From Phyllobates terribilis (Eukaryota): a stretch of 64,000 bases of DNA. The translations under genes and the position numbers were made by a program. Position 1 is the stretch's first letter. Each line of letters begins with the position of its first letter. The stretch covers positions 1,163,058,001 to 1,163,122,000 of the forward strand of contig NW_027362761.1 in assembly GCF_046119375.1 (NCBI RefSeq). The letters are read 5' to 3'. Below the pieces are notes generated by a model that was not told the origin of the DNA, ran no database searches, and saw nothing but the letters and a program-made list of their open reading frames with translations. Positions 23,187 to 34,400 of this stretch are shown here, piece by piece.

Positions 23187-23763
23187 ATTGTCCAAACCAT
23201 TTAAAACAAAAAACTTTGAAAACTGAGAAACACTTCACTGATCGCCTTTCTATTTAAAAGGGTGCTCTGATCTTTATTACATCTTGACAGGAAGTGAAGA
23301 AGCCTTAGAAGAGCAGGACTGCTAATGTTCTAGAGGAAACTCACCGGGTGGAGGAGAGCTGCAGCTTCTCCAGCGCCTGAGCGCAGTCGTCCAGCGTGAA
23401 GACGCCGTCCTGCTTGTTGGCCACGCTGGGAGTTACAATCCTGTGAGTCTGTGGATCCCTCATCGGCGTCTGAAACGTCACCTAGAAAATCACAAAACAC
23501 GCGGTGACTACCGGAAACATGTGGCCATAGATAACGCTTCCTGTGCTCGCCGGCCAGGCTCCGCAGCACAGCTGGGATCAGAGCGGCCGCGCACAGCGTA
23601 CCTTCATGCCTTTCACCGCACTCTTCGGAGGCAGATTGTCCCTCTGTGAAGGACGCAAGATGGAGGGGCGGCCGGTGCCCTGAGGAGGGGTGAACAGGAA
23701 GTCGCACGACTCTGCCACTATGTCGCACCCAAAATTCTCATCATTTAATATCGGCAGACTCAT
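10969..23763 (-). CDS. TACC3: Transforming acidic coiled-coil protein 3 (maskin), 15 coding exons, 956 aa
   Basis: N-terminus [25 protein letters not shown]; SDP-type repeats; Aurora-A site [13 protein letters not shown]; TACC coiled coil ending [19 protein letters not shown]. All introns GT-AG with consistent phases; total 2871 nt. Confidence 0.97.
12100..12236. repeat. (ACATTCCACA)n 10-bp tandem repeat, about 13.5 copies
   Basis: Perfect tandem array directly visible. Confidence 0.97.
12269..12389 (-). CDS. TACC3: TACC3 coding exon 14
   Basis: [40 protein letters not shown], 121 nt. Confidence 0.95.
12698..12804 (-). CDS. TACC3: TACC3 coding exon 13
   Basis: [35 protein letters not shown], 107 nt. 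Confidence 0.95.
13500..15135. mobile_element. Fragmented copy of the abundant piggyBac-like non-autonomous family
   Basis: Shares blocks (TTTCCAAAATGGGGTCACTTGTGGGG, CCTTCCCTTCCGAGCC, CCCCATATGTGG) with 7286-8769 in the opposite orientation. Boundaries are approximate. Confidence 0.6.
15343..15503 (-). CDS. TACC3: TACC3 coding exon 12
   Basis: [29 protein letters not shown], 161 nt. Confidence 0.95.
15800..15843 (-). CDS. TACC3: TACC3 coding exon 11
   Basis: [14 protein letters not shown], 44 nt, phase 2 to 1. Confidence 0.92.
16698..16774 (-). CDS. TACC3: TACC3 coding exon 10
   Basis: [26 protein letters not shown], 77 nt. Confidence 0.93.
17598..17744 (-). CDS. TACC3: TACC3 coding exon 9
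   Basis: [31 protein letters not shown], 147 nt. Confidence 0.92.
18435..18784. mobile_element. T2/Kolobok-type foldback MITE (family A)
   Basis: AGGGGTAT(A/T)CCCATCTC..AAGATCCTATCCCAATATGTAGTAGG ends; palindromic along most of its length. Confidence 0.8.
18895..19003 (-). CDS. TACC3: TACC3 coding exon 8
   Basis: [36 protein letters not shown], 109 nt. Confidence 0.88.
19078..19202 (-). CDS. TACC3: TACC3 coding exon 7 (Aurora-A site and clathrin-binding dileucine)
   Basis: [25 protein letters not shown].., 125 nt. Confidence 0.96.
19342..19400 (-). CDS. TACC3: TACC3 coding exon 6
   Basis: [19 protein letters not shown], 59 nt. Confidence 0.93.
19489..19684 (-). CDS. TACC3: TACC3 coding exon 5
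   Basis: [24 protein letters not shown], 196 nt. Confidence 0.88.
20952..21012 (-). CDS. TACC3: TACC3 coding exon 4
   Basis: [20 protein letters not shown], 61 nt. Called from splice sites and the required phase 2 to 0 switch rather than from homology. Confidence 0.72.
21224..22522 (-). CDS. TACC3: TACC3 large coding exon 3
   Basis: 1299 nt open frame with [28 protein letters not shown] and [16 protein letters not shown] motifs. Confidence 0.95.
22139..22362 (-). repeat. TACC3: Coding 24-bp tandem repeat, 9 perfect copies (AEPAAGLL)
   Basis: GGCTCGGCCAGGAGACCGGCAGCA x9 (22139-22354) plus a partial unit. Confidence 0.98.
23345..23481 (-). CDS. TACC3: TACC3 coding exon 2
   Basis: [19 protein letters not shown].., 137 nt. 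Confidence 0.95.
23602..23763 (-). CDS. TACC3: TACC3 coding exon 1 (start codon)
   Basis: [40 protein letters not shown], 162 nt; acceptor AG lies 1 nt before the ATG. Confidence 0.95.
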
Positions 23764-24402
23764 CCTACAGGGAAACAAAGGACGGAGTGAGAAGGCAGAC
23801 AGCAAAGCAGTCACCTACAGGACCCCCGTCACAGCTCTGTGCTGCTGCCCATGTCCCCCGGCTTCATCTAACTGAGGAGACGGAACATGACCGATGCAGA
23901 CAATCAGTGGCTGCAGCGGTCCACCAGAAGAGGAAGCTTGTGGATAAACTGGAGAAGTGGCGGGGGTCCCATAGGTATGTGTGACCCATTTTTAAATCAC
24001 ACTAATACCCGGCATTCCTGCTGGATTTGTCCACTGGGTGGCACTGTATATTAACGTATTCTGTTGGTCAGATGGGAGAAGCCGCGAGCCCACATTTCCC
24101 CTGCAGCTCCATGACTTGGGTCACCATGATGGCATTGCCTCCATTTAGACAGAGGAAAGTAAGAAGCACCGGAGCGCAGCATCCCGACGCCTCCACAACA
24201 AGCTGCGCAATTTAAAGGGGCCCTTCCATCTCAGCGTGTGATAAATCTCTAGGATATGCGGTCACTTTGAAGGGGTTATAATTATTATTGCAGCGTTTTC
24301 CATGATAAGTGGGGCACCAATTTTTATGTCATTAGCAAAATAAAAGAATGAAAATAATAACAGTGGAAAAATAAAGGAAATACTGTACATGACTGATTTT
24401 AA

Positions 24403-25590
24403 CCCCTTAACCACCTTAATGCATGTTCACAGGGGCAGTAAGGGTACTTTGCCTCAGCGCAGTGAATATGCGAAGCTGAGGAATAAGGCTGTAGTGCCCC
24501 CCAGAGTCAAACTCTCCGAGGTCTCAGCTATTAGGAGTAGCTGAGACCCTGGAGAATATGATCAGGGCCGGTTTTTACGGTCCCCTGTCACGTGATCGGC
24601 GATTACAAAAAAAAAAAAAAGTGAGCCTCTGACAAGATAGACATGTCAGAGGAGAGAAATGAAGTCCCCACCTGCATGTTTCACGGTTGTCAGCCACAAA
24701 AAAAACACACGGGGATTGCCTGCCATGCACGACGATCCCCGTATGTTTTTCTTGGGTGTCTCGAGCACCCGCAATACTTAGAGCATACCCGAGTACTTGA
24801 TGCAAACTCCAGTAGCGAGCACTTGCATTCAAGACAAATGACAACTTATTCAATATGATGACCTAATGTTATCAAATTCAGTGTCGTACCTCTGGGTTCA
24901 AAATGTTCATTATACACCTTGATAAAATCATTGAGGGGTGTAGTTTCCAAAATGGTGTCACTTGTACGGGGTTTCCACTGTTTAGGCACATCAGGGGCTC
25001 TCCAAACGCGACATGGGGCCGCTAATTATTCAAGCAAATTTTACATTTAAAAAGTCAAATGGAGCTCCTTCCCCTCAGCGCTTTGCCGTGCGCCCAAACA
25101 GTGGTTTTCCCCCCACATATGAGGTATCAGCTTAATCAGGAGGAATTGTACAACAAATTTAGTGGACCATTTTCTGTTACTATTGAGAAAATTAAAAAAA
25201 TATCTAAAAGTAAAAAAAATCGGGGCTTGAAGTAAAAATGTGTGAAAAAAGGTGAAAATGTTTATTTTTCCTTCCACGTTTCTTCAGTTAATGTGAAGGG
25301 TTAATAAACTTCTTGAATGTGGTTTTGAGCACCTTGAGGGGTTCAGTTTTTAGAATGGTGTCACTTTTGGGTATTTTCTGTCATAAAGGCCCCTCAAAGT
25401 CAAGTCAAATGTGATGTGGTCTAAAAAAAATTGTTTTGTAAAAATGAGAAATCGCCGGTCAACTTTAAACCCTTATAACTTCCTAACAAAAAAAACTTTT
25501 TTTTTTTGCAAAAATGGTGCTGATGTAAAGTAGACGTGTGGGAAATGTTATTTATTAACTAACTATTTTGTGTGACATTTCTCTGAGTTA
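24403..25590. mobile_element. piggyBac-like non-autonomous element, partial
   Basis: TTAA|CCCCTTAACC start; the body matches the 7286-8769 family; right end is interrupted by another MITE containing (ATGCAGATTGTAC)n. Confidence 0.6.
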
Positions 25591-25971
25591 GGCTATGTGC
25601 CCACGATGCAGAAATTTTCCGGATTTTTCCTGAGCGTTTCCGCATCTCCCTGGCAGAAAAAACACATGCAGATTGTACATGCAGATTGTACATGCAGATT
25701 GTACATGCAGATTGTACATGCAGATTGTACATGCAGATTGTACATGCATTTTCCTGCCAGGGACATGCGGATGTGAAGGGTTCTTCACATGCATTTTCGC
25801 ATGTGGGTTGACAAGTTCTTTCCAAGCAATTTTAGCATCACTTGGAAAAGTGCTTGACAACTTGGTCACACTATATAAATCCCTGCAACCGGCATGGATT
25901 TATATTAGTGTGACCAAGTTAATCGTTAAAAAAAAAAAAAAAATGGTAAAAAAAAAAATATATAAAAACAA

Positions 25972-28262
25972 ACAGGATGTAACTCAAGATCAGCACAGGA
26001 TCAGTAATGTAATGTATGTACACAGTGACTGCACCAGCAGAATAGTGAGTGCAGCTCTGGGGTATAATACAGGTTGTAACTCAGGATCTGTAATGTATGT
26101 GATGCGTCCCCTGGGCCGTGTGTGTTGGGGAATACCCGGAGCCGGGTCTCCATTTGATGCTGGGGGTTGTAGTCTCCGTGGCGGCGACCCGGTCCGTGCC
26201 CAGGGCGGTCAAACCAAAGGGATAGTTTATATGTTGAATGTCCGACTACGCCACCCGTGGATTGCGGTCACTGGGAACCGCCGCTGCGGGCAGACCGCTG
26301 AGGCTGATGTTGTGTTTGCAGCAGAGGGGTAGGATAACTCCCCACGGGAGGAGTATAGCCTCAGGGCAGTGAGTACAGATGATGGGGGTGATGGTGCGCG
26401 GGAGCAACAGTAATGACTCAGAGTCCAGTGATGCAGTCCAGGGTCTTTACTCAGTTTTACACTCCAAGCCACTTCTGCAGGTAATGGCTGCCCACGTCGT
26501 ACTGTGCTCACCAGGTGAGGGGCTCGGCCAACTCCCAGCTACATTTGGAATGCTTTTCAGGACCCACTTCGTGTGTCCTTTCTCTGACCTGTCGTACCCC
26601 ACAAGTGACCACGTTTCTGTCCAGCTGCCTCGGGCCTTGGCGGGCAAACGTATGTTCCGTTTCCCTGGGTCCTATGTGGTGCCTTCCTAACGGGTGTAGT
26701 GAGGGGAAGTAACACGTGCAGTGCCACGGCTTCCGGTTACTAGCTGAGGGTAGTTGCTCTCCTCCACTAGATGAGGGATCCGGTTCCCTTTCTTGGCCTG
26801 ACCCTCCTACTCTGGTAGCGGCGGGCGTACGGTGGCAACTGGCCGGTCCGCACCCCTGGGGTCCCTTCACTCCACTCCTGGAGCCTTTCCTGCTCTCCTT
26901 CTCCTCCAGGCTCAGGCCTCCTTACTGGGCACACCTCTGGAGCAGAGCTCATGCAGAGCCCCTGCTCTCCGTCACTTCTCCTCAGACTGACCACCGAACC
27001 TAAGATGGCTCCTCCCTTTTATATGCTCCTACTCAGTGCACCCAGGATCTACTCTCCCCACCCACACACTACCAGGTTCCCCCTTTCTAGGTGTTGCCTC
27101 CCCCCACTCCAGCCAGGGACAGTTGTGCTCACTCTTGGGAGCATTGTTGCCCTGTCCCCCCGGAAATGTGGTGTAATGCATGTGGGTGTTAGGGTCCTGA
27201 GCCAGTCTCCGTCCTTACCTGGAAGTGAGATATCACACCTCTGGGTGAGATGCAATACCTCTGTAGCGACCGAACCCTCGGGGCGCTACATATGTACACA
27301 GTGACTGCACCAGTAGAATAGTGAGTACAGCTCTGGAGTATAATACAGGATGTAACTCAGGATCCGTACAGGATCAGTAATGTAATATATGTACACAGTG
27401 ACTGCACAAGTAGAATAGTGAGTGCAGCTCTGGAGTATAATACAGGATGTAACTCAGGATCCGTACAGGATCAGTAATGTAATATATGTACACAGTGACT
27501 GCACAAGCAGAATAGTGAGTGCAGCTCTGGAGTATAATACAGGATGTAACTCAGGATCCGTACAGGATCAGTAATGTAATATATGTACACAGTGACTGCA
27601 CCAGCAGAATAGTGAGTGCAGCTCTGGAGTATAATACAGGATGTAACTCAGGATCAGTAATGTAATGTATGTACACAGTGACTGCACAAGCAGAATAGTG
27701 AGTGCAGCTCTGGAGTATAATACAGGATGTAACTCAGGATCAGTAATGTAATGTATGTACACAGTGACTGCACAAGCAGAATAGTGAGTGCAGCTCTGGA
27801 GTATAATACAGGATGTAACTCAGGATCAGTAATGTAATGTATGTACACAGTGACTGCACAAGCAGAATAGTGAGTGCAGCTCTGGAGTATAATACAGGAT
27901 GTAACTCAGGATCAGTAATGTAATGTATGTACACAGTGACTGCACCAGCAGAATAGTGAGTGCAGCTCTGGAGTATATTGCAGGATGTAACTCAGGATCA
28001 GTAATGTAATATATGTACACAGTGACTGCGCAAGCAGAATAGTGAGTGCAGCTCTGGAGTATAATACAGGATGTAACTCAGGATCCATACAGGATCAGTA
28101 ATGTAATGTATGTACACAGTGACTGCACCAGCAGAATAGTGAGTGCAGCTCTGGAGTATAATACAGGATGTAACTCAGGATCAGTAATGTAATGTATGTA
28201 CACAGTGACTGCACAAGCAGAATAGTGAGTGCAGCTCTGGAGTAGAATACATGATGTAACTC
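25972..28262. repeat. 86-bp satellite (some 99-bp variants), about 13 units, split by a solo LTR
   Basis: Unit TGTACACAGTGACTGCAC(C/A)AGCAGAATAGTGAGTGCAGCTCTGGAGTATAATACAGGATGTAACTCAGGATCAGTAATGTAATGTA. Confidence 0.95.
26100..27290 (-). mobile_element. Gypsy solo LTR (1191 bp) with 4-bp TSD TATG
   Basis: TG...CA ends; TATG at 26096-99 and 27291-94; homologous to LTR 1260-2320, which gives the orientation. Confidence 0.9.
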
Positions 28263-28416
28263 CTCCATAGTAGTGATGCAGGGAGATCCCCGAACCCCGC
28301 ATAACTACTACATAACGCTGCCACACATTCACTTCCATGTTCCGCTCACACAACGCCCACCCTGCCCCAGTACCAGCGGCCACTCACAGCACCACGTCCT
28401 CTCCGCCGCACGTTAC

Positions 28417-28490
28417 CTGCTGCGCTGCTCGGTGCCGCTATTTAACCCCACGCTTCGCTTTCCTCTGCCGTACACCGACCTGCTGCAGAG
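28417..28490 (-). other. TACC3: Probable non-coding first exon of TACC3
   Basis: Donor GCAG|GTAAC at 28417/28416 in a CpG-rich patch next to the promoter motifs. The 5' boundary is a guess. Confidence 0.6.
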
Positions 28491-28494
28491 TCTG

Positions 28495-28694
28495 TTTGAA
28501 TTTCGGCAGTTCGTGAGATATGACCAATCAGAAGCCAGGGAGGGTGACAGCGTCATGACGCAAATACGAACCCACCAATCAGAGGCCCGGAAAGCGCTTC
28601 AGCCGACGTAGGCGCGGCCAATGGACTCGGGAGCGAGAGTAGTATTCAGCGCATGCGTGCTTCGTCAGAGGGCTGTAGCTCTGTAATGACGTCA
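28495..28694 (-). promoter_or_regulatory. TACC3: G2/M-type promoter: CHR, three CCAAT boxes and a CRE
   Basis: TTTGAA 28495-500; CCAAT at 28524, 28575, 28618; TGACGTCA 28687-94; CpG-rich. Confidence 0.7.
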
Positions 28695-29189
28695 GTCCTT
28701 GACAACAGGGCAGATATTTACAGCTGAGGCAGAAAGCGCTTTACGGTCACAGAACTGCGCTATAGCGATATAATCACTGTGATGTAATTAGGGTGAAATT
28801 GCCGAAAAAATGAGCAATATCTATCTTATTGTTAGGTTTACTTGTGAATTATTCATCTACGTCCCCAATCCATTGCGATGGGACTGAACAGGAGACTAGT
28901 TTCGTCAACTATTATATATATTATACCTAACTGGGCTGGTCATCCTCATATATGACTTGCTGAGCTTCTATTTATGTAACTATAGGGGAAATCAATTGAT
29001 GTCACCATAAGAAAGAGCAGCTATATATATGTTGGAATCTATAGTATAACAAAAAATACCCCTCCCCCTCTTCTCACTCCCCACTATTCCCTTTCCTCTC
29101 CCCTTTTAACATTTATTTTTATTCACTTTTTATATTTATATTCATTATATATTACATTCACGATTGCATTTATATTTATTATATTATAC

Positions 29190-29955
29190 ATTATACCAGG
29201 GTGGGGGACATTATGCTAATAAAGGACCCAGGATGGAGGACATTGTACCAGGGTGGGGGACATTATTACTGGAAGGGGCCCAGGATGGAGGACATTGTTA
29301 TTACTGGAAGGGGCTCAGGATGGAGGACATTATTCCAGGATGGAGGACATTATGCTAAGATAGGGCCCGGGATGAAGGACATTGTACCAAGGTGGGAGAC
29401 ATTATTACTGGAAGGCGCCCAGGATGGAGGATATTATACAAGGGGCCCAGGATGAAGGACATTGTACCAGGGTGGGGGACATTATTACTGGAAGGGGCCC
29501 AGGATGGAGGACATTGTTATTACTGGAAGGGGCTCAGGATGGAGGACATTATTCCAGGATTGAGGACATTATGCTAAGATAGGGCCCGGGATGAAGGACA
29601 TTGTACCAAGGTGGGAGACATTATTACTGGAAGGCGCCCAGGATGGAGGACATTATACAAGGGGCCCAGGATGAAGGACATTATACCTGGAAGGGGCCCA
29701 GCATAGAGGACATTGTACCAGGGTGGGGACATTATTACTGGAAGGCGCCCAGGATGGAGGACATTATACAAGGAAGGGACCCAAGATGAAGGACATTATA
29801 CTTGGAAGGTGCTCAGGATGGTGGACATTATACTAGGAAGGTGAACATTATACTAGGAAGGGGCCCAGGATAGAGGACACTATACCAGGATGGGGGAAAT
29901 TAGAACTAAAAGGGGAACAGGATGGGGAACATTATTACAGGAAGGGGCCAGGATT
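29190..29955. repeat. Degenerate ~30-bp minisatellite with higher-order duplication
   Basis: AGGGGCCCAGGATGGAGGACATT(A/G)T(T)AC variants. Confidence 0.9.
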
Positions 29956-31065
29956 GGGGACATTATGTGGGGGGGGTGGGGGCAACATGTATGTCTACAC
30001 AGTATCTAGAATGCTACAAGGGCCAAAACATCTGATCAACATGCAGGTGAGAGACCCGATCCAAATTTGCACTGGGGCCCATTTGACTCTAGTTATGCCA
30101 CTGATTGAGTCTTCGCATGAACTTGATGCATTTGTCAATAAAAGTTTTAAAAAAGTTATGAAATGCTTCTAATTGTACATCAGTAACCAGAGAAACATCC
30201 GACCAAAAGATCTAAGAAGAGTGAAGCAGCAAAATGTGTAAAAGCCAAAATGTGTGTCATTCTCAAAACTTTTGGCCACGATTGTAAATTTAGGCTGGAG
30301 GCAGCAAAACTAAGAAGGGGCCCGCATGGGAAACAAACCTGGCTGTGATCAGAGTATAAGGGGGTTCTCTGAGGTGTCTCAGGTGTAACACATGCTCTGG
30401 CTTGTTTCACATGTTTCTTTACACTTTGTTTCCTTTGTAGTTTTGCTGCCTTCCGCCTGAATCTATAATGTGCACATTCCAATAAGAATGAGGCCTGAGT
30501 GGTTCCGGCCGCCGGTCAGACTGATGCCCTATCCTGGGAACAGATGATGGGTGGGGGTGCCGGGTGTCGCACCCCACCGGTCAGACTGATGCCCTATCCT
30601 AAGGGTGGGATATCAATGTAAAGTCCTAGACAACCCCGGGACTTTAACAGCGAAGCTGCTGGAGAAATAACCAACGAAGAGGAGGAAAATAAAGATGGAG
30701 ATGACTGGCGGCTTCTCCAGACGGCGTCACTGGAATTCTGGTAAAGAAACAAATGATAACTTTATTTCTGTATTTAGTGTTTTCTGGGTCAGGTTCTTCC
30801 CACCCAGGACTTATAGTAGGGTCTGTTGGGTGTCACTATAGCGTCACCACCGATGGTGTGAACAGGCTGTATAAAGAAGACATCTGTCATCTCAGATGTA
30901 GGGGAACAACAGGCCAGTGCGCAGCTGTGGAGACCCAAAGTACACGAGGGGCTGGGGTCTGATAACGCCTCAGCTGCACACAGCTGCAGGTCCGTTACAC
31001 TGGATTGTGACAGCGCAGCCGCCAGTGTCTGATCCACTACACAATGCGCAGCACAGCTGGCCCAC

Positions 31066-31165
31066 GTCACGTGACTCTGAGCACCGCCATATAACTACAC
31101 TTCCCGGCATTCCATGCGATCTGTTTGGCCGGAAGTGTGCCCTGTTCTTGTGGTGGCCGGAAGTG
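31066..31165 (+). promoter_or_regulatory. TMEM129: TMEM129 housekeeping-type promoter
   Basis: GTCACGTGAC E-box at 31066-75; ZNF143-like ACTACACTTCCCGGCATTCC near 31095; two CCGGAAGTG ETS/GABP sites at 31129 and 31157. Confidence 0.7.
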
Positions 31166-31202
31166 TCCGCTGTTCTCCGGGTTCCCGCCTCTCCTCGGTG
31201 TA

Positions 31203-31407
31203 ATGGATAGTCCGGCTGTCACGTTTACTTTGGCTTACGTGGTGTTCTCCGTGTGTTTTGTGTTCACCCCCAATGAGTTCCACTCGGCCGGTATCACCGT
31301 GCAGAACCTGCTGTCCGGCTGGCTGGGGAGTGAGGACGTGGCCTTCATCCAGTACCATGTGCGGAGAACCACGGCCACTGCGGTGGTGCACTCCCTGCTG
31401 CCCCTGG
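31203..31407 (+). CDS. TMEM129: TMEM129 exon 1
   Basis: MDSPAV..HSLLPLG|gtgagt. Confidence 0.96.
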
Positions 31408-34400
31408 GTGAGTGGCTGCCTCCTCCCGACTGCACCTCCTTGATCTGCCGCCTGTGCCTCCTCTGCCTGTGCCCCCCCCTCCCATACGCCGCCTGCGCCT
31501 CCTTTGCCTGTGCCCCCCCTCCCATACGCCGCCTGCGCCTCCTCTGCCTGTGCCCCCCCTCCCATACGCCGCCTGCGCCTCCTCTGCCTGTGCCCCCCCC
31601 CCTCCCATACGCCGCCTGCGCCTCCTCTGCCTGTGCCCCCCCTCCCATACGCCGCCTGCGCCTCCTCTGCCTGTGCCCCCCCCCCCTCCCATACGCCGCC
31701 TGCGCCTCCTCTGCCTGTGCCCCCCCCCCTCCCATACACCGCCTGCGCCTCCTCTGCCTCTGCCTGTGGGCCCCCCTCCCATACGCCGCCTGCGCCTCCT
31801 CTGCCTGTGGGCCCCCCCCCCCATACGCCGCCTGCGCCTCCTCTGCCTGTGCCCCCCCCCCTCCCATACGCCGCCTGCGCCTCCTCTGCCTGTGCCCCCC
31901 CCCTCCCATACGCCGCCTGCGCCTCCTCTGCCTGTGCCCCCCCCTCCCATACGCCGCCTGCGCCTCCTCTGCCTGTGCCCCCCCCCTCCCATACGCCGCC
32001 TGCGCCTCCTCTGCCTGTGCCCCCCCCCCCATACGCCGCCTGCGCCTCCTCTGCCTGTGCCCCCCCCCTCCCATACGCCGCCTGCGCCTCCTCTGCCTGT
32101 GCCCCCCCCCCTCCCATACGCCGCCTGCGCCTCCTCTGCCTGTGCCCCCCCCCCCCTCCCATACGCCGCCTGCGCCTCCTCTGCCTGTGGGGCCCCCCCC
32201 TCCCATACGCCGCCTGCGCCTCCTCTGCCTGTGGCCCCCCCCCTCCCATACGCCGCCTGCGCCTCCTCTGCCTGTGGCCCCCCCCCCTCCCATACGCTGC
32301 CTGCGCCTCCTCTGCCTGTGGCCCCCCCCCTCCCATACGCCGCCTGCGCCTCCTCTGCCTGTGCCCCCCCCCTCCCATACGCCGCCTGCGCCTCCTCTGC
32401 CTGTGCCCCCCCCCTCCCATACGCCGCCTGCGCCTCCTCTGCCTGTGCCCCCCCCCCTCCCATAGACCGCCTGCGCCTCCTCTGCCTGTGGGGGCCCCCC
32501 ATACGCCGCCTGTGCCTCCTCTGCCTGTGCCCCCCCTCCCATAGACCGCCTGCGCCTCCTCTGCCTGTGGGGGCCCCCCATACGCCTCTGCCCGTCAGGA
32601 TTGTGACTTCTCCCTCTTCTCATTCTCAGGTTATTATATAGGAATGTGCTTCGCTGCCCCGGAGAAGCAGCTGTATTACTTCTCCTCTGCCAGTGAAGGC
32701 TGGAGGATCTTTGCTGTATTTGTGGTCATCCTCCCGACCATCACCGGCTGCCTCGCCCTCTACTGGTCTCAGAAGAAGTGGCAGAACCACCCTCTGGCGC
32801 AGATCCTGTCCCACCACGCGCTGCCTCAGTCTGACTGGAGGATTGTTGCTTCCTCCATCAACAGGGAGTTTAGAAGAATTGACAAGTTTGCAACTGGGGC
32901 GACGGGTGCCCGGGTCATCGTCACAGACACGTGGGTGATGAAGGTCACCACCTACAAGATTTACGTGGCACAGCAGCAAGACATTCATCTGACAGTGACA
33001 GAGTCCAGGCAGCACGAGCTCTCCCCAGACTCCAACACGCCCGTGCAGTTCATCACCATACTGGTCGCCAGCGTCAACCCCAACGTCAAGTCTTTCGATA
33101 TCAGGTAGTGTATGAGCTTCTGGTAAGTCTCCCATACACAGTACATGTCCAGCTGACTCTTGTACTGTATATGGGGGCTCTTCTAGTCACTGATAATGGA
33201 TGATGTCATCTCTGATGTTTTGGAGACTCCTTCATGTAAATTGTGCCTCCAGCAAAAAAGACATTCAGGCGTCTGATTTAAAGGGCTATTTGTGTGAATA
33301 TAAACCCCTTTAAAAGAATAGAATTTTTAATTCAGATATATAAAAAAAAAACACCAACACATCCCAGGTGTATAGGGAGGAAAGGCCACCATGTAAATGG
33401 TGTTATCAGGGCACATAAACATCGCATAGACAGGGAGGTATATATAGATCCTGCCAATGGGAATTGTCCTTACAACAGCCAATTATTGTGGTTGGAAAGA
33501 TAATAAACTCCACAGTATGAATGTCTGATCAGAATACACATAAACAGCGAAGTGTATATAAATCCGAACCATGGGAATTGCCCTTGGATCATCCAATTGC
33601 AGTTAGATATATCATAACGACCAAACTGTGAATGTCTGATCGAACGCTCAAAGCCAAGGAATGATGTGATCAGAACAAGGATCTCTATCGATAGAGATCT
33701 TTGTTTGGATAGACCATGATACAATAATATCCTTATTACATCCCAGGTCATAACACACATTAGGCCTGTGTCTCCCTAGGGTGGACACTAGGCTGTATGT
33801 GCCTAGCAGTGGAGGTTGGCACCCTAGTAATGCGGGAGTTGGCTCCTCGGCTGCTCGCCCTAATCGTCCCTGCTAGATACACCAGTATACTAGTCTAGAC
33901 AACATGGTTCCTATACTAGAAGATATGTAAGCACGCCAGAAAATAATAGAAAATGAAGACTTATGTCAGTAGATAGTTATACATGATATGCTGCGCCTCT
34001 ACGCGTTTTACCATATGCTGGATCATCAGGAGGCTTTTTCATGATATTGGTATGACACCAGAGTGGTGTGACAAGACAGTCGCTCTGGATCCGGCTGTAG
34101 AAGGTCACTGCTCATGGCATTGCAGATGCCTTCTTGATCCCCTTCCCCCCTCATATCTGTAGTATAGTTATATCTTTCTCCCTTTAGGACCCAGCAATGA
34201 CCTCTACGTTCTGCTACTAATTGACACACCCTTGCTAGGTAGTTAAAAACTCAGTGTCTCCAGAGAGTCGCTGGTGATGGCTGTATGTTCCTCTGTCCAT
34301 GCGTGGAGTAATAGTAGTCAGCTAGTTTCTTCTTGTGGACTTCCCTTGGAGGACAGTTGACGTTATCTCTCTGGTGTCTTCTCAAGCTAAGTGTATCCCC

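Noticed and set aside
25972-28262. CRISPR-like regular array and repeated 64-aa ORFs
   Set aside because: Units are directly tandem with no unique spacers, there are no cas genes, and the context is eukaryotic. It is a satellite.
31095-32641. Six long ORFs (346-462 aa) rich in Pro/Arg/Gly
   Set aside because: They are translations of the stop-poor intronic minisatellite in all frames. Only the TMEM129 exon 1 part is coding.
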